Shown piece after piece: positions 1-12,783 of a DNA stretch of 64,000 bases; position 1 is the first letter of the stretch, and each line of letters begins with the position of its first letter. The DNA lies in assembly GCA_965203445.1 (NCBI GenBank), contig OZ241883.1, positions 1,312,001 through 1,376,000 of the forward strand, in the 5' to 3' direction. The notes beneath the pieces are model-generated. The model made no database searches. It had not been told where the DNA came from and saw only the letters and a list, made by a program, of their open reading frames with translations. A program made the translations under genes and the position numbers. This stretch comes from Candidatus Oxydemutator sp. (GTDB lineage Bacteria > Pseudomonadota > Gammaproteobacteria > Poriferisulfidales > Oxydemutatoraceae).

Positions 1-1
1 T

Positions 2-982
2 TTCCATCGTGCGCGCCATCTGCCCTCGGGCCGGCCCGACGGCGGCGACGGCGGCGGCGGCGGCGACGTCTGGCTGGTCGGCGACGGTGGCCTCAACACG
101 CTGGCGGATTTTCGCAATCGCCGTGTGTTTCGCGCCGCCGACGGCGGGCGCGGGAGTGGCGGCAACCGTACCGGTGCCGATGGCGCCGACCTGCTGATTC
201 GCGTGCCGGCGGGCACCGTGGTCTATAACAAAGAGACTTCCGAGCTGATAGGCGACGTTACGCGTCTCGGCCAGCGTCTGCTGGTCGCCGAGGGCGGCAG
301 GCGCGGGCTTGGCAACGCGCGCTTCAAGTCTTCGACGAACCGCGCGCCGCGCCGCGCGACGCCCGGCGGCAAGGGCGAGTGCCGCACGTTGGCGCTGGAG
401 CTCAAGCTGCTCGCCGACGTCGGCCTCGTCGGCCTGCCCAACGTCGGCAAATCCACGCTCGTGTCCTCGGTGAGCGCGGCGCATCCGAAGATCGCCGATT
501 ATCCGTTCACGACGCTGCATCCGGTGCTCGGCGTCGTCGAGGCGGACGGCTATCGAAGTTTCGTCGTCGCCGACGTGCCCGGCCTGATAGAGGGCGCCGC
601 CGACGGCGTCGGCCTGGGCACGCGCTTCCTGAAGCACCTGCAAAGGACGCGCCTGCTGCTGCACCTGGTGGACGTCGGCACCGACGCGCCGGCGGCCGAG
701 CGCCGGCGCTCGGTGCGTGCGTTGGAGCGGGAGATGCGGCGCTTCGATACGGCGCTCGCCGCCAAGACGCGCTGGCTGGTGTGCACCAAGACCGACGCGC
801 TGGACGCGGCCGAGGCCGAGCGCCGTTGCCGGCGCTTGCTGGAAGATCTGGAGTGGCGCGGGCCGTGGTTCAAGATCTCGGCATTTGCGCGCGAGGGGTT
901 GGCCGAGCTGACCGACGCCGTCGTGCGCTATCTTGGTAGCGAGGGCGTACAATCCGCCGTCGGCGAGGCGCCCGCGGCATGA
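2..982 (+). CDS. obgE: Obg family GTPase (5' end truncated by window edge)
   Basis: Frame open from position 2 (PDGGDGGGGGDVW, LNTLADF). G1 GLPNVGKST, G2 YPFTT, G3 DVPGLIEGA, G4 TKTD. Confidence 0.97.
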   Translation, partial: FHRARHLPSGRPDGGDGGGGGDVWLVGDGGLNTLADFRNRRVFRAADGGRGSGGNRTGADGADLLIRVPAGTVVYNKETSELIGDVTRLGQRLLVAEGGRRGLGNARFKSSTNRAPRRATPGGKGECRTLALELKLLADVGLVGLPNVGKSTLVSSVSAAHPKIADYPFTTLHPVLGVVEADGYRSFVVADVPGLIEGAADGVGLGTRFLKHLQRTRLLLHLVDVGTDAPAAERRRSVRALEREMRRFDTALAAKTRWLVCTKTDALDAAEAERRCRRLLEDLEWRGPWFKISAFAREGLAELTDAVVRYLGSEGVQSAVGEAPAA

Positions 983-1338
983 GCATGGATACGATCATCC
1001 TGCGCGGTCTCGAAGTCAAGGCCACGGTCGGCGTGTTCGAGTGGGAGCGGCGCATTGAGCAGACCTTGAAAGTTGACCTGGAGATGGCCGCCGACGCCGG
1101 CACCGCCGAGGCCTCGGACCGCCTGGAGGATACGCTCGATTACAAAGCCGTCGCTCGCCGCGCCCGCGAGTTCATCGCCGCCGCCGACTGTGCGCTGGTC
1201 GAGACGCTCGCGCACCGGCTGGCCGAGGCCCTGATGAGCGAGTTCGGCATAAGCTGGCTGCGCCTGAGCCTGCAAAAGCCCGGCGCGGTGCGCGGCGCAA
1301 AGAGCGTCGGCATCGTCATCGAACGCGGCCAACGCTGA
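979..1338 (+). CDS. folB: Dihydroneopterin aldolase
   Basis: GVFEWER, DYK, LVETLA, KPGAV motifs; coupled to folK. Confidence 0.95.
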   Translation: MSMDTIILRGLEVKATVGVFEWERRIEQTLKVDLEMAADAGTAEASDRLEDTLDYKAVARRAREFIAAADCALVETLAHRLAEALMSEFGISWLRLSLQKPGAVRGAKSVGIVIERGQR

Positions 1339-1826
1339 TGTCGCGGGTTTTCGTCAGCATCGGCAGCAACGTCGAGCGCGAGAAGAACGTCGTCTCGTGC
1401 GTCGCCGCGCTGCGCCGGGAGTTCGGTGCGCTTGCGCTGTCGCCGGTGTACCGCTCGAGGGCCTACGGTTTCGACGGCGACGATTTCTACAATCTGGCGG
1501 CGTCGTTTACGACCGAGATGGCGCCGGCGGCGGTGGACCAAATCCTGCGCCGCATCGAGCACGACCATGGGCGCGTGCGCGCCGGCGAGCGTTTTGCGCC
1601 GCGCACGCTCGATCTCGACCAGGTTCTGCACGGCGTCGTCGTCGTCAACTACAACGGATTGCGGCTGCCGCGCAAGGAGATTACCGAACACGCCTTCGTG
1701 CTGCGCCCGCTAGCCGAGATCGGCGGCGAAGTGGTGCATCCGGTGCTGCACAAAACCTGCGCCGAGTTGTGGGCCGGCTTCGACAAAACGGCGTGTCCGC
1801 TCAAGCGCGTCGCGCTCGATTTGTAG
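1338..1826 (+). CDS. folK: 6-hydroxymethyl-7,8-dihydropterin pyrophosphokinase
   Basis: SIGSN, FYN, PRTLDLD, FVLRPLAEI motifs. Confidence 0.95.
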   Translation: MSRVFVSIGSNVEREKNVVSCVAALRREFGALALSPVYRSRAYGFDGDDFYNLAASFTTEMAPAAVDQILRRIEHDHGRVRAGERFAPRTLDLDQVLHGVVVVNYNGLRLPRKEITEHAFVLRPLAEIGGEVVHPVLHKTCAELWAGFDKTACPLKRVALDL

Positions 1827-1853
1827 CGCTTGGGCGGCGCCGTCCGGCGGGCT

Positions 1854-2570
1854 TCAGACCGCCGTTTGCGTATAAGCCCCCTGGTTTTTCTGGTAGAGCA
1901 GGTTGTAGATCGGCCGGCGTAGCGCGCGCGCGCGGCGTTCGTAACGCGACCGCGGACGCCACGAGGGCGCCTCGCCGTCGCCGTCGCGTTCCCGGAAACA
2001 GCCGGTGGCGGCGATTGCGTCGCGCATCGTCCGCGCGCACGACGGCCAGTCGGTGGCGAGGTGTAGCAGGCCGCCGTCGCGTAGCGCGCGGGCCAACGCC
2101 GCGGCGAACGCGGGTTGCACCAGGCGGCGTTTGTGATGGCGTTTCTTCGGCCACGGGTCGGGAAACAGAATCAGCACCTTGTCGAGGCTGGCGGCGGCGA
2201 TACGAGGCACGACCTCGGCCGCGTCTTCGCGGATGACGCGGACGTTCGACAGATCTTTTGCGGCGGCTTCGCGCAGCAGCGCACCGAGCCCCGGGCGCCA
2301 GACTTCGATGCCGAAAAAGCCGGTGTCCGGACGCTCCTCGGCCATCGCCGCCAGCACCTCGCCGTTGCCGAAACCGATCTCCAGGACGATCTCATGGGCG
2401 CGTGCGAACACCACTCGCGGATCGAACGCACCGCCGCGCGTCGCTATTCCGTAGCGCGGCCAGTGCCGTTGCAGCGCCTCGCGTTGGGCCGGCGTGCAGC
2501 GTCCTTCGCGCAGCACGTAACTTCGCACCGGGCGCGGCGCGGCGCGGACCTCGGCGTGCGCCGCGGTCAC
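1854..2570 (-). CDS. trmB: tRNA (guanine-N7)-methyltransferase
   Basis: [31 protein letters not shown] start at 2570 overlaps the thiG stop (GTGA). Confidence 0.95.
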   Translation of the reverse strand: MTAAHAEVRAAPRPVRSYVLREGRCTPAQREALQRHWPRYGIATRGGAFDPRVVFARAHEIVLEIGFGNGEVLAAMAEERPDTGFFGIEVWRPGLGALLREAAAKDLSNVRVIREDAAEVVPRIAAASLDKVLILFPDPWPKKRHHKRRLVQPAFAAALARALRDGGLLHLATDWPSCARTMRDAIAATGCFRERDGDGEAPSWRPRSRYERRARALRRPIYNLLYQKNQGAYTQTAV

Positions 2571-3367
2571 CACGGGTAGCCGTCCATCGGCGACGACGCC
2601 GACGCAAAACGTCTCCTCGCCATGCGCCCGGCGAGCCACGCGTTGCGCCCCGCTTCAACCGCCTGCTTCATCGCCGTCGCCATCAGCGGCGGGTTCGCGG
2701 CCTCGGCGATCGCGGTGTTCATCAGCACTCCGTCGCAGCCGAGTTCCATCGCAATCGCGGCGTCGGACGCGGTGCCGACGCCGGCGTCCACGATGATCGG
2801 CACCGTCGCGTTTTCGACGATGGTCAGGACGTTGTGGGGATTGCGGATGCCGAGGCCGGAGCCTATCGGCGCCGCCAGCGGCATGACCGCAACGCAGCCG
2901 AGTTCCTCGAAGGCGCGCGCCGCCACCGGGTCGTCGTTGGTATAGACCATCACGTCGAAACCCTCGGCCACCAGTTTCTCGGCGGCTTGCAGCGTCTGGC
3001 GCACGTCCGGGAACAGGGTTTTTTCATCGCCCAACACCTCGAGCTTGACCAGACGCGCGCCGCCTAGCAGTTCGCGCCCGAGACGGCACAACTTGAGCGC
3101 GTCGCGGGCGTTATAGCAGCCGGCGGTGTTCGGCAGTATCGTGTAGCGTTCGGGCGGCAGCACCTCGAGCAGGTTGGGTTCGCCCGCGCGTTGGCCGAGG
3201 TTGGTGCGGCGCAGCGCGACGGTTACGATCTCGCAACCGGAGTTTTCGACGGCCGCGCGCATCTGCCCGAAATCGCGGTATTTGCCGGTACCCAACAACA
3301 GGCGCGAACGCCAGGTTTTGCCGGCGATGGTCAGCGGCTTGTCGCGCCGCGCACGGGGTGTCTCCAT
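2567..3367 (-). CDS. thiG: Thiazole synthase
   Basis: [41 protein letters not shown]. Confidence 0.97.
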   Translation of the reverse strand: METPRARRDKPLTIAGKTWRSRLLLGTGKYRDFGQMRAAVENSGCEIVTVALRRTNLGQRAGEPNLLEVLPPERYTILPNTAGCYNARDALKLCRLGRELLGGARLVKLEVLGDEKTLFPDVRQTLQAAEKLVAEGFDVMVYTNDDPVAARAFEELGCVAVMPLAAPIGSGLGIRNPHNVLTIVENATVPIIVDAGVGTASDAAIAMELGCDGVLMNTAIAEAANPPLMATAMKQAVEAGRNAWLAGRMARRRFASASSPMDGYPW

Positions 3368-3376
3368 CGCGCGCGG

Positions 3377-3577
3377 TCAACCGCCGCCTATGGCCTCGAT
3401 GATCTCCACGCGGTCGTCCGCCGACAGCCGGAAGCGGGCGTGTTCGGCGGCGGGGACTATCGCCTCGTTGACCTCGACGGCGATCTTGCGCGGCGCGGGC
3501 GCCAGCGTTTTTATCAGTTCGCCCAGGGTCGCGTCGTCGCGCAGCGCATAAGGCTTTCCGTTGACCAGAACGTCCAC
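3377..3577 (-). CDS. thiS: Sulfur carrier protein ThiS
   Basis: 66 aa from GTG 3577; VNG...AVEVN...IGGG C-terminus; directly upstream of thiG. Confidence 0.93.
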   Translation of the reverse strand: MDVLVNGKPYALRDDATLGELIKTLAPAPRKIAVEVNEAIVPAAEHARFRLSADDRVEIIEAIGGG

Positions 3578-3668
3578 GCTGGCATTATAGCCCGGCGCCA
3601 CGAATGACGAAGACGGCGGGAATTATATGGGGATTATCTACATGGTTACACGGAGACATGACAGTAGT

Positions 3669-3755
3669 CCGGCCTCTCCCTCTGGGAGAGGCCGGGGGTG
3701 AGGGCCGTTCCGTTCTTATACACCAGTAAGGGAACGCCCCCACGGCGTTCCCGAC
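3669..3755. repeat. Composite REP-like palindromic element (copy 1)
   Basis: Perfect hairpin CCGGCCTCTCCC-TCT-GGGAGAGGCCGG (3669-3695), then a second hairpin GGGAACGCC-CCCAC-GGCGTTCCC. 3699-3755 matches 50392-50448 at 54/57 nt. Confidence 0.85.
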
Positions 3756-3777
3756 CAGACTCTTGTCCTCTGCGGCG

Positions 3778-4474
3778 TCAAGCGGCGGAGTCCGACGGCG
3801 GTGGTTCGTGTAGCCATTGCGGACGCCATACATCGGGCGCTTGCGGTTGTGCGCACAAACGCGTGCAGCGCTCGAGAAAGGCGGCGCGTGCCATCGGTCT
3901 GGCGCCGAGACTGCACAGGTGGGCCGATTCCACCTGGCAGTCTATCAACGGCAATCCGTGTCTTTGCATGTGCGCGCACAGGTAAAACAGCGCCGCCTTC
4001 GACGCGTCGACGCTCTTTGCGAACATGGATTCGCCGAACACCATGCGCCCGATGTGGACGCCGTAGAGGCCGCCCGCAAGCTCCCCATGGCGGTCGTAGA
4101 CCTCGACCGAATAAGCAAAGCCGGCCTGGTGCAGTTCGACGTAGGCGCGTTCCATGGCCACGGTGATCCAGGTCTTGGCGGCGTATTTTCGCGGTTGCGC
4201 GCAGGCGCGTATGACTTGCGCGAAAGCGCGGTTCAAGCCGATGCGTCCGAACTTCGAGCGCAGCGATTTGCGCAGGCTGCGGCTTACGCGCAACTCGCAC
4301 GGCGCAAGCACCGTGCGCGGGTCGGGGCACCACCACAGCAACGGTTGCCCCTCCTCGTACCACGGAAAGACGCCGCGCCGGTAGGCGTCTAGCAGCGTCT
4401 TCGGTTCGAGGTTGCCGCCCACCGCGAGCAGCCCGTCCGGGCGCGCCGTCGCCGCTTCGGGGAATATCGGGCGC

Positions 4475-4500
<26 letters not shown>
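3778..4500 (-). CDS. aat: Leucyl/phenylalanyl-tRNA--protein transferase
   Basis: GLLAVGG, AYRRGVFPW, WWCPDPR, TWI, GGLYGV, FGESMF, DASK, IDCQ. Confidence 0.97.
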
Positions 4501-6686
<2,186 letters not shown>

Positions 6687-6700
6687 TTATACTTTCAGGT

Positions 6701-7609
6701 CTATTGCTTCGAGAAGTTGTCCAAGCTTAGATTGGTGGAATAACCGACGGCGTGTTTTTTCATCAGTTCTATCAATTCCATTCCGTTTATCAAAGTTATC
6801 GAGTGTTCTTTTGCTAATTTCTGTGCTTCGGTATTGAAGTCGGTCGTTGTGATGAATACCGATTTTTCAGCGCCGAATCTTTGTATTGATCCCAGAAAAT
6901 CGGTCATCTGTTTTCCGGTTATTTTGCCGTCCTTATACCTTTTCGCCTGCATGACTACTTTGAATCTTATAAATCCAACTTCTATATAGCCCACGCCGTC
7001 AATTCCCCCGTCAGACGTTCGTTGTGTTACTTCCATTTCCTGCCCTCCCATCTTTCTCAACAGTCCCACGCACAATCTTTCAAACGCGAAAGGATCCATG
7101 GATTTCACTTGTCCCAAGTCTTGCTCCATTGCCGCTATCTCGGCATCGGGTTCATCTTTGCCCTCTACATCGGGATCAACGTATGAAGGATCATCCTCTG
7201 AGAGTGCACTTGGCTTCTTTTTTTTTCGATATTCTTCATACGAGGCGTTAATTTTCTTTCTCAAATTTCTGGCTGCCTCAACTTTGTCCTTGGCCTTTAA
7301 TAGAGCAGCAACCTCTTCTTCTCCTTTTTTCGACAAATGCCAAAATCCTTTTTGGCGGACGTCATATTCCGTGTAGTTTGTGTGGTGCAACACCGACATC
7401 GCCCATATAATGTTTGTGTTCAACACTAAGGTTCCATTGGAAGCCCTCCTCTCTAAAAGGTCGTCGCTTGCGTTCAGGATCTTTTTGGTTTCTGACATTA
7501 CTTCCACACGGTGCTCAGAAACGCCAAGATTGTGGAGGGCGGTCAGCAAATAAGGATATATATCCCTGGTATTTATTGCTTTCCCCCAATTTTTATTTTC
7601 GTACAACAT
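6701..7609 (-). CDS. mrr: Mrr-family (type IV, modification-dependent) restriction endonuclease
   Basis: N-terminal wHTH-like region (IWA...KGFWHLS); catalytic FERLC, SDGGIDG, QAKRY, FITTTDF, LINGMEL; markedly AT-richer than flanks. Confidence 0.88.
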   Translation of the reverse strand: MLYENKNWGKAINTRDIYPYLLTALHNLGVSEHRVEVMSETKKILNASDDLLERRASNGTLVLNTNIIWAMSVLHHTNYTEYDVRQKGFWHLSKKGEEEVAALLKAKDKVEAARNLRKKINASYEEYRKKKKPSALSEDDPSYVDPDVEGKDEPDAEIAAMEQDLGQVKSMDPFAFERLCVGLLRKMGGQEMEVTQRTSDGGIDGVGYIEVGFIRFKVVMQAKRYKDGKITGKQMTDFLGSIQRFGAEKSVFITTTDFNTEAQKLAKEHSITLINGMELIELMKKHAVGYSTNLSLDNFSKQ

Positions 7610-7760
7610 AATAGGTCCAGTTTATCATTACTGGCCTGCCATGGCGTCCGCAACGCTGGTTGCCGAGGAACGCACGGCTGCTTGACGCTCTCCTCATTTT
7701 ATCTGACTATGCTTCGTCGGCGGGAACGCAGGTGTTTCCGCGACTATACAGGAGGCCCGT

Positions 7761-10073
7761 TTGGCGCGTAAATCGTCCGGTGCATCGGCGCGACCGGGGG
7801 TAGGGGAGATCGGAGCAGGCCTGCGCAAGCGCGTGCGCGAGGCGTGCGCGTTGCTGCTGGCCGGCGTCGGGTTGTATCTGTTGCTGACGCTGTTCGGCTA
7901 CGATGCCGACGATCCGTCGTGGGCGAACAACGTGCCCGCTGAGGAGGCGCGCAACCCGGGGGGCGTCATCGGCGCCTGGTTCGCCTATACGCTGTATTTT
8001 CTGTTCGGCGGCCCGGCCGCCGTGCTGTTTCCGCTGGCGGTGTTCGGCGGCGCCTGGGTCTTGTTCAGAAAAGAAAACGCCCCGCGCCGCTTCATGGGTG
8101 AGCAGTTGGTCATCGGCTTGGCCTTCGCGCTGACGGTGCTCTCCTGCTGCGGCCTGGCCACGTTGCACTTCGTCGCCGCCTCGCTGCCGGCGACGGCCGG
8201 CGGCGTGCTCGGCAAAATTGTTGCCGTCGGTTTCCACGACGTATTCGGCATGATTGGCGCGACGTTGCTGTTGACCAGCCTTGCCATCGCCGGGTTTACG
8301 CTGACGACCGGTTTTCCGTGGCTGCGCGCGATGGACGCAATCGGCGCGCTGCCGTTCTCGGTGCCGCGCTGGTATGCTTTTGCCGTGCGCTGGCTGAGCG
8401 AGCGCCACCGCACCAGGGAGATGGCGAGCGAGCGGCAACGCAGCGTTGTCGATAGAAAACGAAAACTGCGGCGCACCGAGCCGCCGAAGATCGAGCCTTC
8501 GGTGGAGAATCTGAAGCCGGGCAGGCGCGTCGAGAAGGAGCGCCAGATCAGCCTGCCGGTGGGCGCCGCCGGCGGCGAGTTGCCGCCGCTGCAACTGCTG
8601 GACAAACCCGAAAAGCAGCACGGCGTCTATTCCAAGGAAGACCTCGAGACGCTGGCGCGCCAACTGGAGATCAAACTACAGGATTTCGGCATCGAGGGCG
8701 AGGTGGTCGAGGCGCAGCCGGGGCCGGTGATCACCCGTTTCGAGGTGATGCCCGCGCCCGGCACCAAGGCCAGCGCCATCAGCAGCCTGGAGAAAGACTT
8801 GGCGCGCTCGTTGTCGGTGCCGAGTCTGCGCGTGGTCGAGGTCATTCCGGGCAAGTCGGTCGTCGGCATCGAGATTCCGAACCGAGACCGCAACCCGGTG
8901 CTGCTGGGCGAGATCCTGCGTTCGACCGAATACGAAGACGCGAAATTGCCGCTGACGCTGGCGCTCGGAAAAGACATATCCGGCGGCGCGATGTTTGCCG
9001 ACCTCGAGAAAATGCCGCACCTGCTGGTCGCCGGAACCACCGGTTCCGGCAAGTCGGTCGGCGTGCACGCGATGCTGATGAGCCTGTTGTTCAAGAATCC
9101 GCCGTCGCGGGTGCGCCTGATTCTGATAGATCCGAAGATGCTGGAATTGAAGGCCTACGACGAGGTGCCGCATCTGCTGACGCCGGTGATTACCGACATG
9201 AAGGAGGCGGCGAACGCGCTGCATTGGGCGGTGCTCGAAATGGAGCGCCGTTACCGCCTGATGGCGGCCGTCGGCGTGCGCAACGTCGCGTCGTTTAACC
9301 GGCGCGTGGCCGCCGCCGAAAAAAGCGGCAAGCCGTTGGCCGACCCTTTGTGGGAGGGCGTTGTCGGGGATGAGGGCCGGGACGGGCGCGAGGCGCCGGT
9401 GCTTGCGGCGATGCCGCTGATCGTCGTCGTCATAGATGAGTTTGCGGATCTGATGATGGTCGTCGGCAGGAAGATCGAGGATCTGATCGTGCGTCTGTCG
9501 CAGAAGGCGCGCGCCGCCGGCGTCCACCTGGTGCTGGCGACGCAGCGCCCGTCGGTGGACATCGTGACCGGTCTGGTCAAGGCCAACGTGCCGGCGCGCA
9601 TCGCCTTTCAGGTGTCGTCGAAGGTGGACTCGCGCACGATACTCGACCAGAACGGTGCCGAGCAGTTGTTGGGGCGCGGTGACATGCTGTTTCTGCCGCC
9701 GGGGCAGTCGTTGCCGCAGCGCGTGCACGGCGCGTACGTCAGCGACGAGGAAGTGCGCGCGGTCGCCGAGTTTTTGCGCGCGCGCAGCAAGGCCGACTAT
9801 GTCGACGGTCTGGTGGAAGCACCCGTCGCCGGTGCCGTCGCGCCCGGTTTCGAGGAGCTCGCGGGCGAGGGCGCCGACGCGCTCTACGACGAGGCCGTCG
9901 CCATCGTCACGCAGACGCGCAAGGCCTCGATCTCCTATTTGCAGCGCCGCCTGAAGGTCGGCTACAACCGCGCGGCGCGGATGATCGAGGACATGGAGGC
10001 CGCCGGCGTCGTCAGCCCGGTGCAGCCGAACGGCGGGCGCGAGGTGCTGGCCGCGCCGCCGCCCGAGGCGTGA
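7761..10073 (+). CDS. ftsK: DNA translocase FtsK
   Basis: N-terminal TM helices, GTTGSGKS, IDPKMLE, DEFADL, LATQRP, gamma domain QRRLKVGYNRAAR. Confidence 0.98.
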   Translation: MARKSSGASARPGVGEIGAGLRKRVREACALLLAGVGLYLLLTLFGYDADDPSWANNVPAEEARNPGGVIGAWFAYTLYFLFGGPAAVLFPLAVFGGAWVLFRKENAPRRFMGEQLVIGLAFALTVLSCCGLATLHFVAASLPATAGGVLGKIVAVGFHDVFGMIGATLLLTSLAIAGFTLTTGFPWLRAMDAIGALPFSVPRWYAFAVRWLSERHRTREMASERQRSVVDRKRKLRRTEPPKIEPSVENLKPGRRVEKERQISLPVGAAGGELPPLQLLDKPEKQHGVYSKEDLETLARQLEIKLQDFGIEGEVVEAQPGPVITRFEVMPAPGTKASAISSLEKDLARSLSVPSLRVVEVIPGKSVVGIEIPNRDRNPVLLGEILRSTEYEDAKLPLTLALGKDISGGAMFADLEKMPHLLVAGTTGSGKSVGVHAMLMSLLFKNPPSRVRLILIDPKMLELKAYDEVPHLLTPVITDMKEAANALHWAVLEMERRYRLMAAVGVRNVASFNRRVAAAEKSGKPLADPLWEGVVGDEGRDGREAPVLAAMPLIVVVIDEFADLMMVVGRKIEDLIVRLSQKARAAGVHLVLATQRPSVDIVTGLVKANVPARIAFQVSSKVDSRTILDQNGAEQLLGRGDMLFLPPGQSLPQRVHGAYVSDEEVRAVAEFLRARSKADYVDGLVEAPVAGAVAPGFEELAGEGADALYDEAVAIVTQTRKASISYLQRRLKVGYNRAARMIEDMEAAGVVSPVQPNGGREVLAAPPPEA

Positions 10074-10732
10074 ACGGCGCGCGCTTATCGCCGGTGTCGT
10101 CGGTGGCGGCGGGCGCGTGGGCGCTGGTGTCGGCGCTGGTGCTGACGCTGGCGTCGCCACCCGCCGCTGCCGACGCGCTCGAAAGGCTCGACGAGTTTTT
10201 CAAGGTCGAGACTTTCCGCGCCAATTTTGTCCAGCGGGTTTATGACGGCGAAGGTGAGGCCGAAGCCGTATCGGAAGGCGTGGTGCTGTTCCATCGCCCG
10301 GGCCGTTTTCGTTGGGAATACGTGTCGCCCGACCCGTACCTGATCTTGACCGACGGCCTCCATCTGCTGATCTATGACGCGGCTTTGCAGCAGGCGTACG
10401 TGCAGCCGACGATGACCGCGCTCGGTTCGGCGCCGCTGATGTTGCTGCTCGACCGGCGCGGCGTGTTCGAGGACTTTCGCGTGGACTACGTGGACCACGG
10501 CGATGATCTCGATTGGGCCAGACTCGAACCGCGCACCGACGACACCCAGTTTGTGCGCTTCGACGTCGGTTTTGACCGCGATGCGATCGTGCACGTCATC
10601 TTCTATGACCGTTTCGAGCAGCGCACGGTCGTGCGTTTTCACGATGCCGAGACCGGGATCTCGATTCCGCAAGAAACGTTTCGCGCCGACCTGCCCGAAG
10701 ACGTCGACGTGATCGGGGATCACTTGCGGTAG
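10070..10732 (+). CDS. lolA: Outer-membrane lipoprotein chaperone LolA
   Basis: Signal peptide, ANFVQ, RPGRFRWEY; conserved position after ftsK. Confidence 0.9.
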   Translation: MNGARLSPVSSVAAGAWALVSALVLTLASPPAAADALERLDEFFKVETFRANFVQRVYDGEGEAEAVSEGVVLFHRPGRFRWEYVSPDPYLILTDGLHLLIYDAALQQAYVQPTMTALGSAPLMLLLDRRGVFEDFRVDYVDHGDDLDWARLEPRTDDTQFVRFDVGFDRDAIVHVIFYDRFEQRTVVRFHDAETGISIPQETFRADLPEDVDVIGDHLR

Positions 10733-10853
10733 CGGCGCGCATCGTAACCGGCGCCGTGACCACCGCGGTCATCGGCAAGGCGGCCCGACGCAGTGGAATT
10801 TTTCTCGCTGGCCGTGGCCCCGACGTAGGGGCAGGGTCGCGGTCTTGGCGCCG

Positions 10854-11333
10854 TCAATGAAAACCTCTGCTCAACGCCCTGCGCTTTTCGCGCTCCCATT
10901 CTTTGCGCCGTTCGGCGGCGCGTTTGTCGTGGATTTGTTTGCCCTTGCCGAGTCCGAGTTCGAGCTTGGCGCGGTTTTTTTTCCAGTACATCTTGAGCGG
11001 CACCAGCGTGTAGCCCTTGCGCTCGAGCAGGCCGGCCAGGCGCGCGATCTCGCGCCGCGTCAGCAACAGTTTGCGCGTGCGCGCGGGCGCCGCCTCGGCG
11101 TGGCTCGAACAGCTGGGCAGCGGGCTGATGTGCGCGCCGAGCAACCATGCCTCGCCGTTTTTGATCAGCGCGTAGCTTTCCTTCAGATGAGCGCGTTTCT
11201 GGCGCAGGCTTTTGACTTCCCATCCTTCGAGCACCAGCCCCGCCGTGAAACGCTCCTCGATAGTGTAGTCGTAGGACGCGCGCGGATTTTTGACGATCAG
11301 CGCCGGCGCGCCGGCCGCTTTTGCCGCTTTCAT
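10854..11333 (-). CDS. smpB: SsrA-binding protein
   Basis: AGLVLEGWEVKSLR, RTRKLLL, GYTLVPL, GKGKQIHDKR; start ATG 11333. Confidence 0.97.
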   Translation of the reverse strand: MKAAKAAGAPALIVKNPRASYDYTIEERFTAGLVLEGWEVKSLRQKRAHLKESYALIKNGEAWLLGAHISPLPSCSSHAEAAPARTRKLLLTRREIARLAGLLERKGYTLVPLKMYWKKNRAKLELGLGKGKQIHDKRAAERRKEWEREKRRALSRGFH

Positions 11334-11421
11334 CGCACTCGTCATCCAGTATAATGGCCGCCCGTCGGAACGGACCCTATTATAAGGTGCCCGTCCTGCA
11401 TATCGGCTGAAACACTTATTC

Positions 11422-12783
11422 ATGGTTCCAGGAAGCAGAGCGGCGGCGCGTGGTCAGTGGTCGTCGCGCCTCGCGTTTATTTTTGCCGCCACCGGTTCCG
11501 CGGTCGGGCTTGGCAACATCTGGAAGTTTCCGTACATGGCCGGCGAGCACGGCGGCGGCCCGTTTATTCTTATCTACCTGGCGTGTGTGGCGTTTATCGC
11601 GCTGCCGATCCTAAGCGCCGAACTGCTGATCGGGCGGCACGGAAAGCGCAATCCTGTCGGCGTGTTTCATCGCTTCCGGCGGGACTACGGGACGCATCCG
11701 GCCTGGAGCGGCATAGGCTGGCTCGGTGTGACCGCCGGTTTTCTGATCCTGTCGTATTACAGCGTCATCGCCGGCTGGGTTATCGCCTACGTGTTCAAGG
11801 CCGGCAGCGGCGCTTTTCACCAGATGACCGCCGACGGCGTGTCCAACATTTTCGGTGCCCTGGTGAGCGACCCGGAGCGGCTGACGCTGTGGCACACGTT
11901 GTTCATGGTGTTGACCGTCGCGGTGCTCGTGAGCGGCGTGCAAAAGGGCATCGAGCGGGTCGTCACCTATTTTATGCCGTTGCTGTTGCTGCTGGTGCTG
12001 GGCCTGATTCTTTACAATTTCGTCGTCGGCGACGTGGCGCGCGGCCTGCGCTTCATGTTCGCCTTCGATTTCGACAAGGTCACCGGGGGGACTTTTTTGG
12101 CCGCTCTCGGACAGGCGTTTTTCTCGCTCAGCCTCGGCATGGGGGCGATGATGGTCTACGGTTCCTATCTGTCCGCGGACGCGCCGCTGTTCCGCACCGC
12201 GGCCGTCGTCGCCTTCGCCGACACGCTGATCGCGATACTCGCCGGTCTGATGATCTTTCCGTTGTTGTTCGCGTTCGACATGGAACCGGCGCAGGGCGTC
12301 GGCCTGGTCTTCAAGACGCTGCCGCTTGCGTTCTCCGAGATGCCGGGCGGCACTTTGTTTGCGACGTTGTTCTTCGCGTTGCTGCTGATCGCGGCCTGGA
12401 CTTCGGCGTTGTCGCTGCTGGAGCCGGTCATCTCGTGGGCCGTCGAGCACCTTGCGTGGAGCCGCGCGCGCGCGGCCGTCATCGCCGGCGTCGTCGCGTG
12501 GTTGCTCGGTCTCGTCACCGTGTTCTCGTTCAACCTGTGGCAGGACTTCCAGTTGTGGGACAAGACGCCGTTCGATCTGCTGGACTACCTGGCGTCCAAC
12601 GTCATGCTGCCGCTCGGCGGCCTGCTGATCGTGCTGTTCGTCGGCTGGATATTGCCGGGGCCCGCGGTCAAGACCGAGACCGGCTTCACCGACCGGCACT
12701 GCTACCGCCTGTGGCGCCTGTTGATTCGCTGGGTCGCGCCGCTCGCGCTGTTGCTGATTCTGTTTCACCTGCTGAGCGCATGA
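11422..12783 (+). CDS. NSS (neurotransmitter:sodium symporter) family amino-acid transporter
   Basis: GSAVGLGNIWKFPY, YYSVIAGW, GQAFFSLSLG; multiple TM helices. Confidence 0.95.
   Translation: MVPGSRAAARGQWSSRLAFIFAATGSAVGLGNIWKFPYMAGEHGGGPFILIYLACVAFIALPILSAELLIGRHGKRNPVGVFHRFRRDYGTHPAWSGIGWLGVTAGFLILSYYSVIAGWVIAYVFKAGSGAFHQMTADGVSNIFGALVSDPERLTLWHTLFMVLTVAVLVSGVQKGIERVVTYFMPLLLLLVLGLILYNFVVGDVARGLRFMFAFDFDKVTGGTFLAALGQAFFSLSLGMGAMMVYGSYLSADAPLFRTAAVVAFADTLIAILAGLMIFPLLFAFDMEPAQGVGLVFKTLPLAFSEMPGGTLFATLFFALLLIAAWTSALSLLEPVISWAVEHLAWSRARAAVIAGVVAWLLGLVTVFSFNLWQDFQLWDKTPFDLLDYLASNVMLPLGGLLIVLFVGWILPGPAVKTETGFTDRHCYRLWRLLIRWVAPLALLLILFHLLSA

Noticed and set aside
3578-3777. TPP riboswitch upstream of thiS
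   Set aside because: No CUGAGA / AGCGUAGGGAA-type core seen on the minus strand; the region is occupied by the REP-like element.
7218-7226. A9 tract in mrr as a phase-variation switch
   Set aside because: Explained by Lys codons in an AT-rich gene; frame intact and no evidence of variation.
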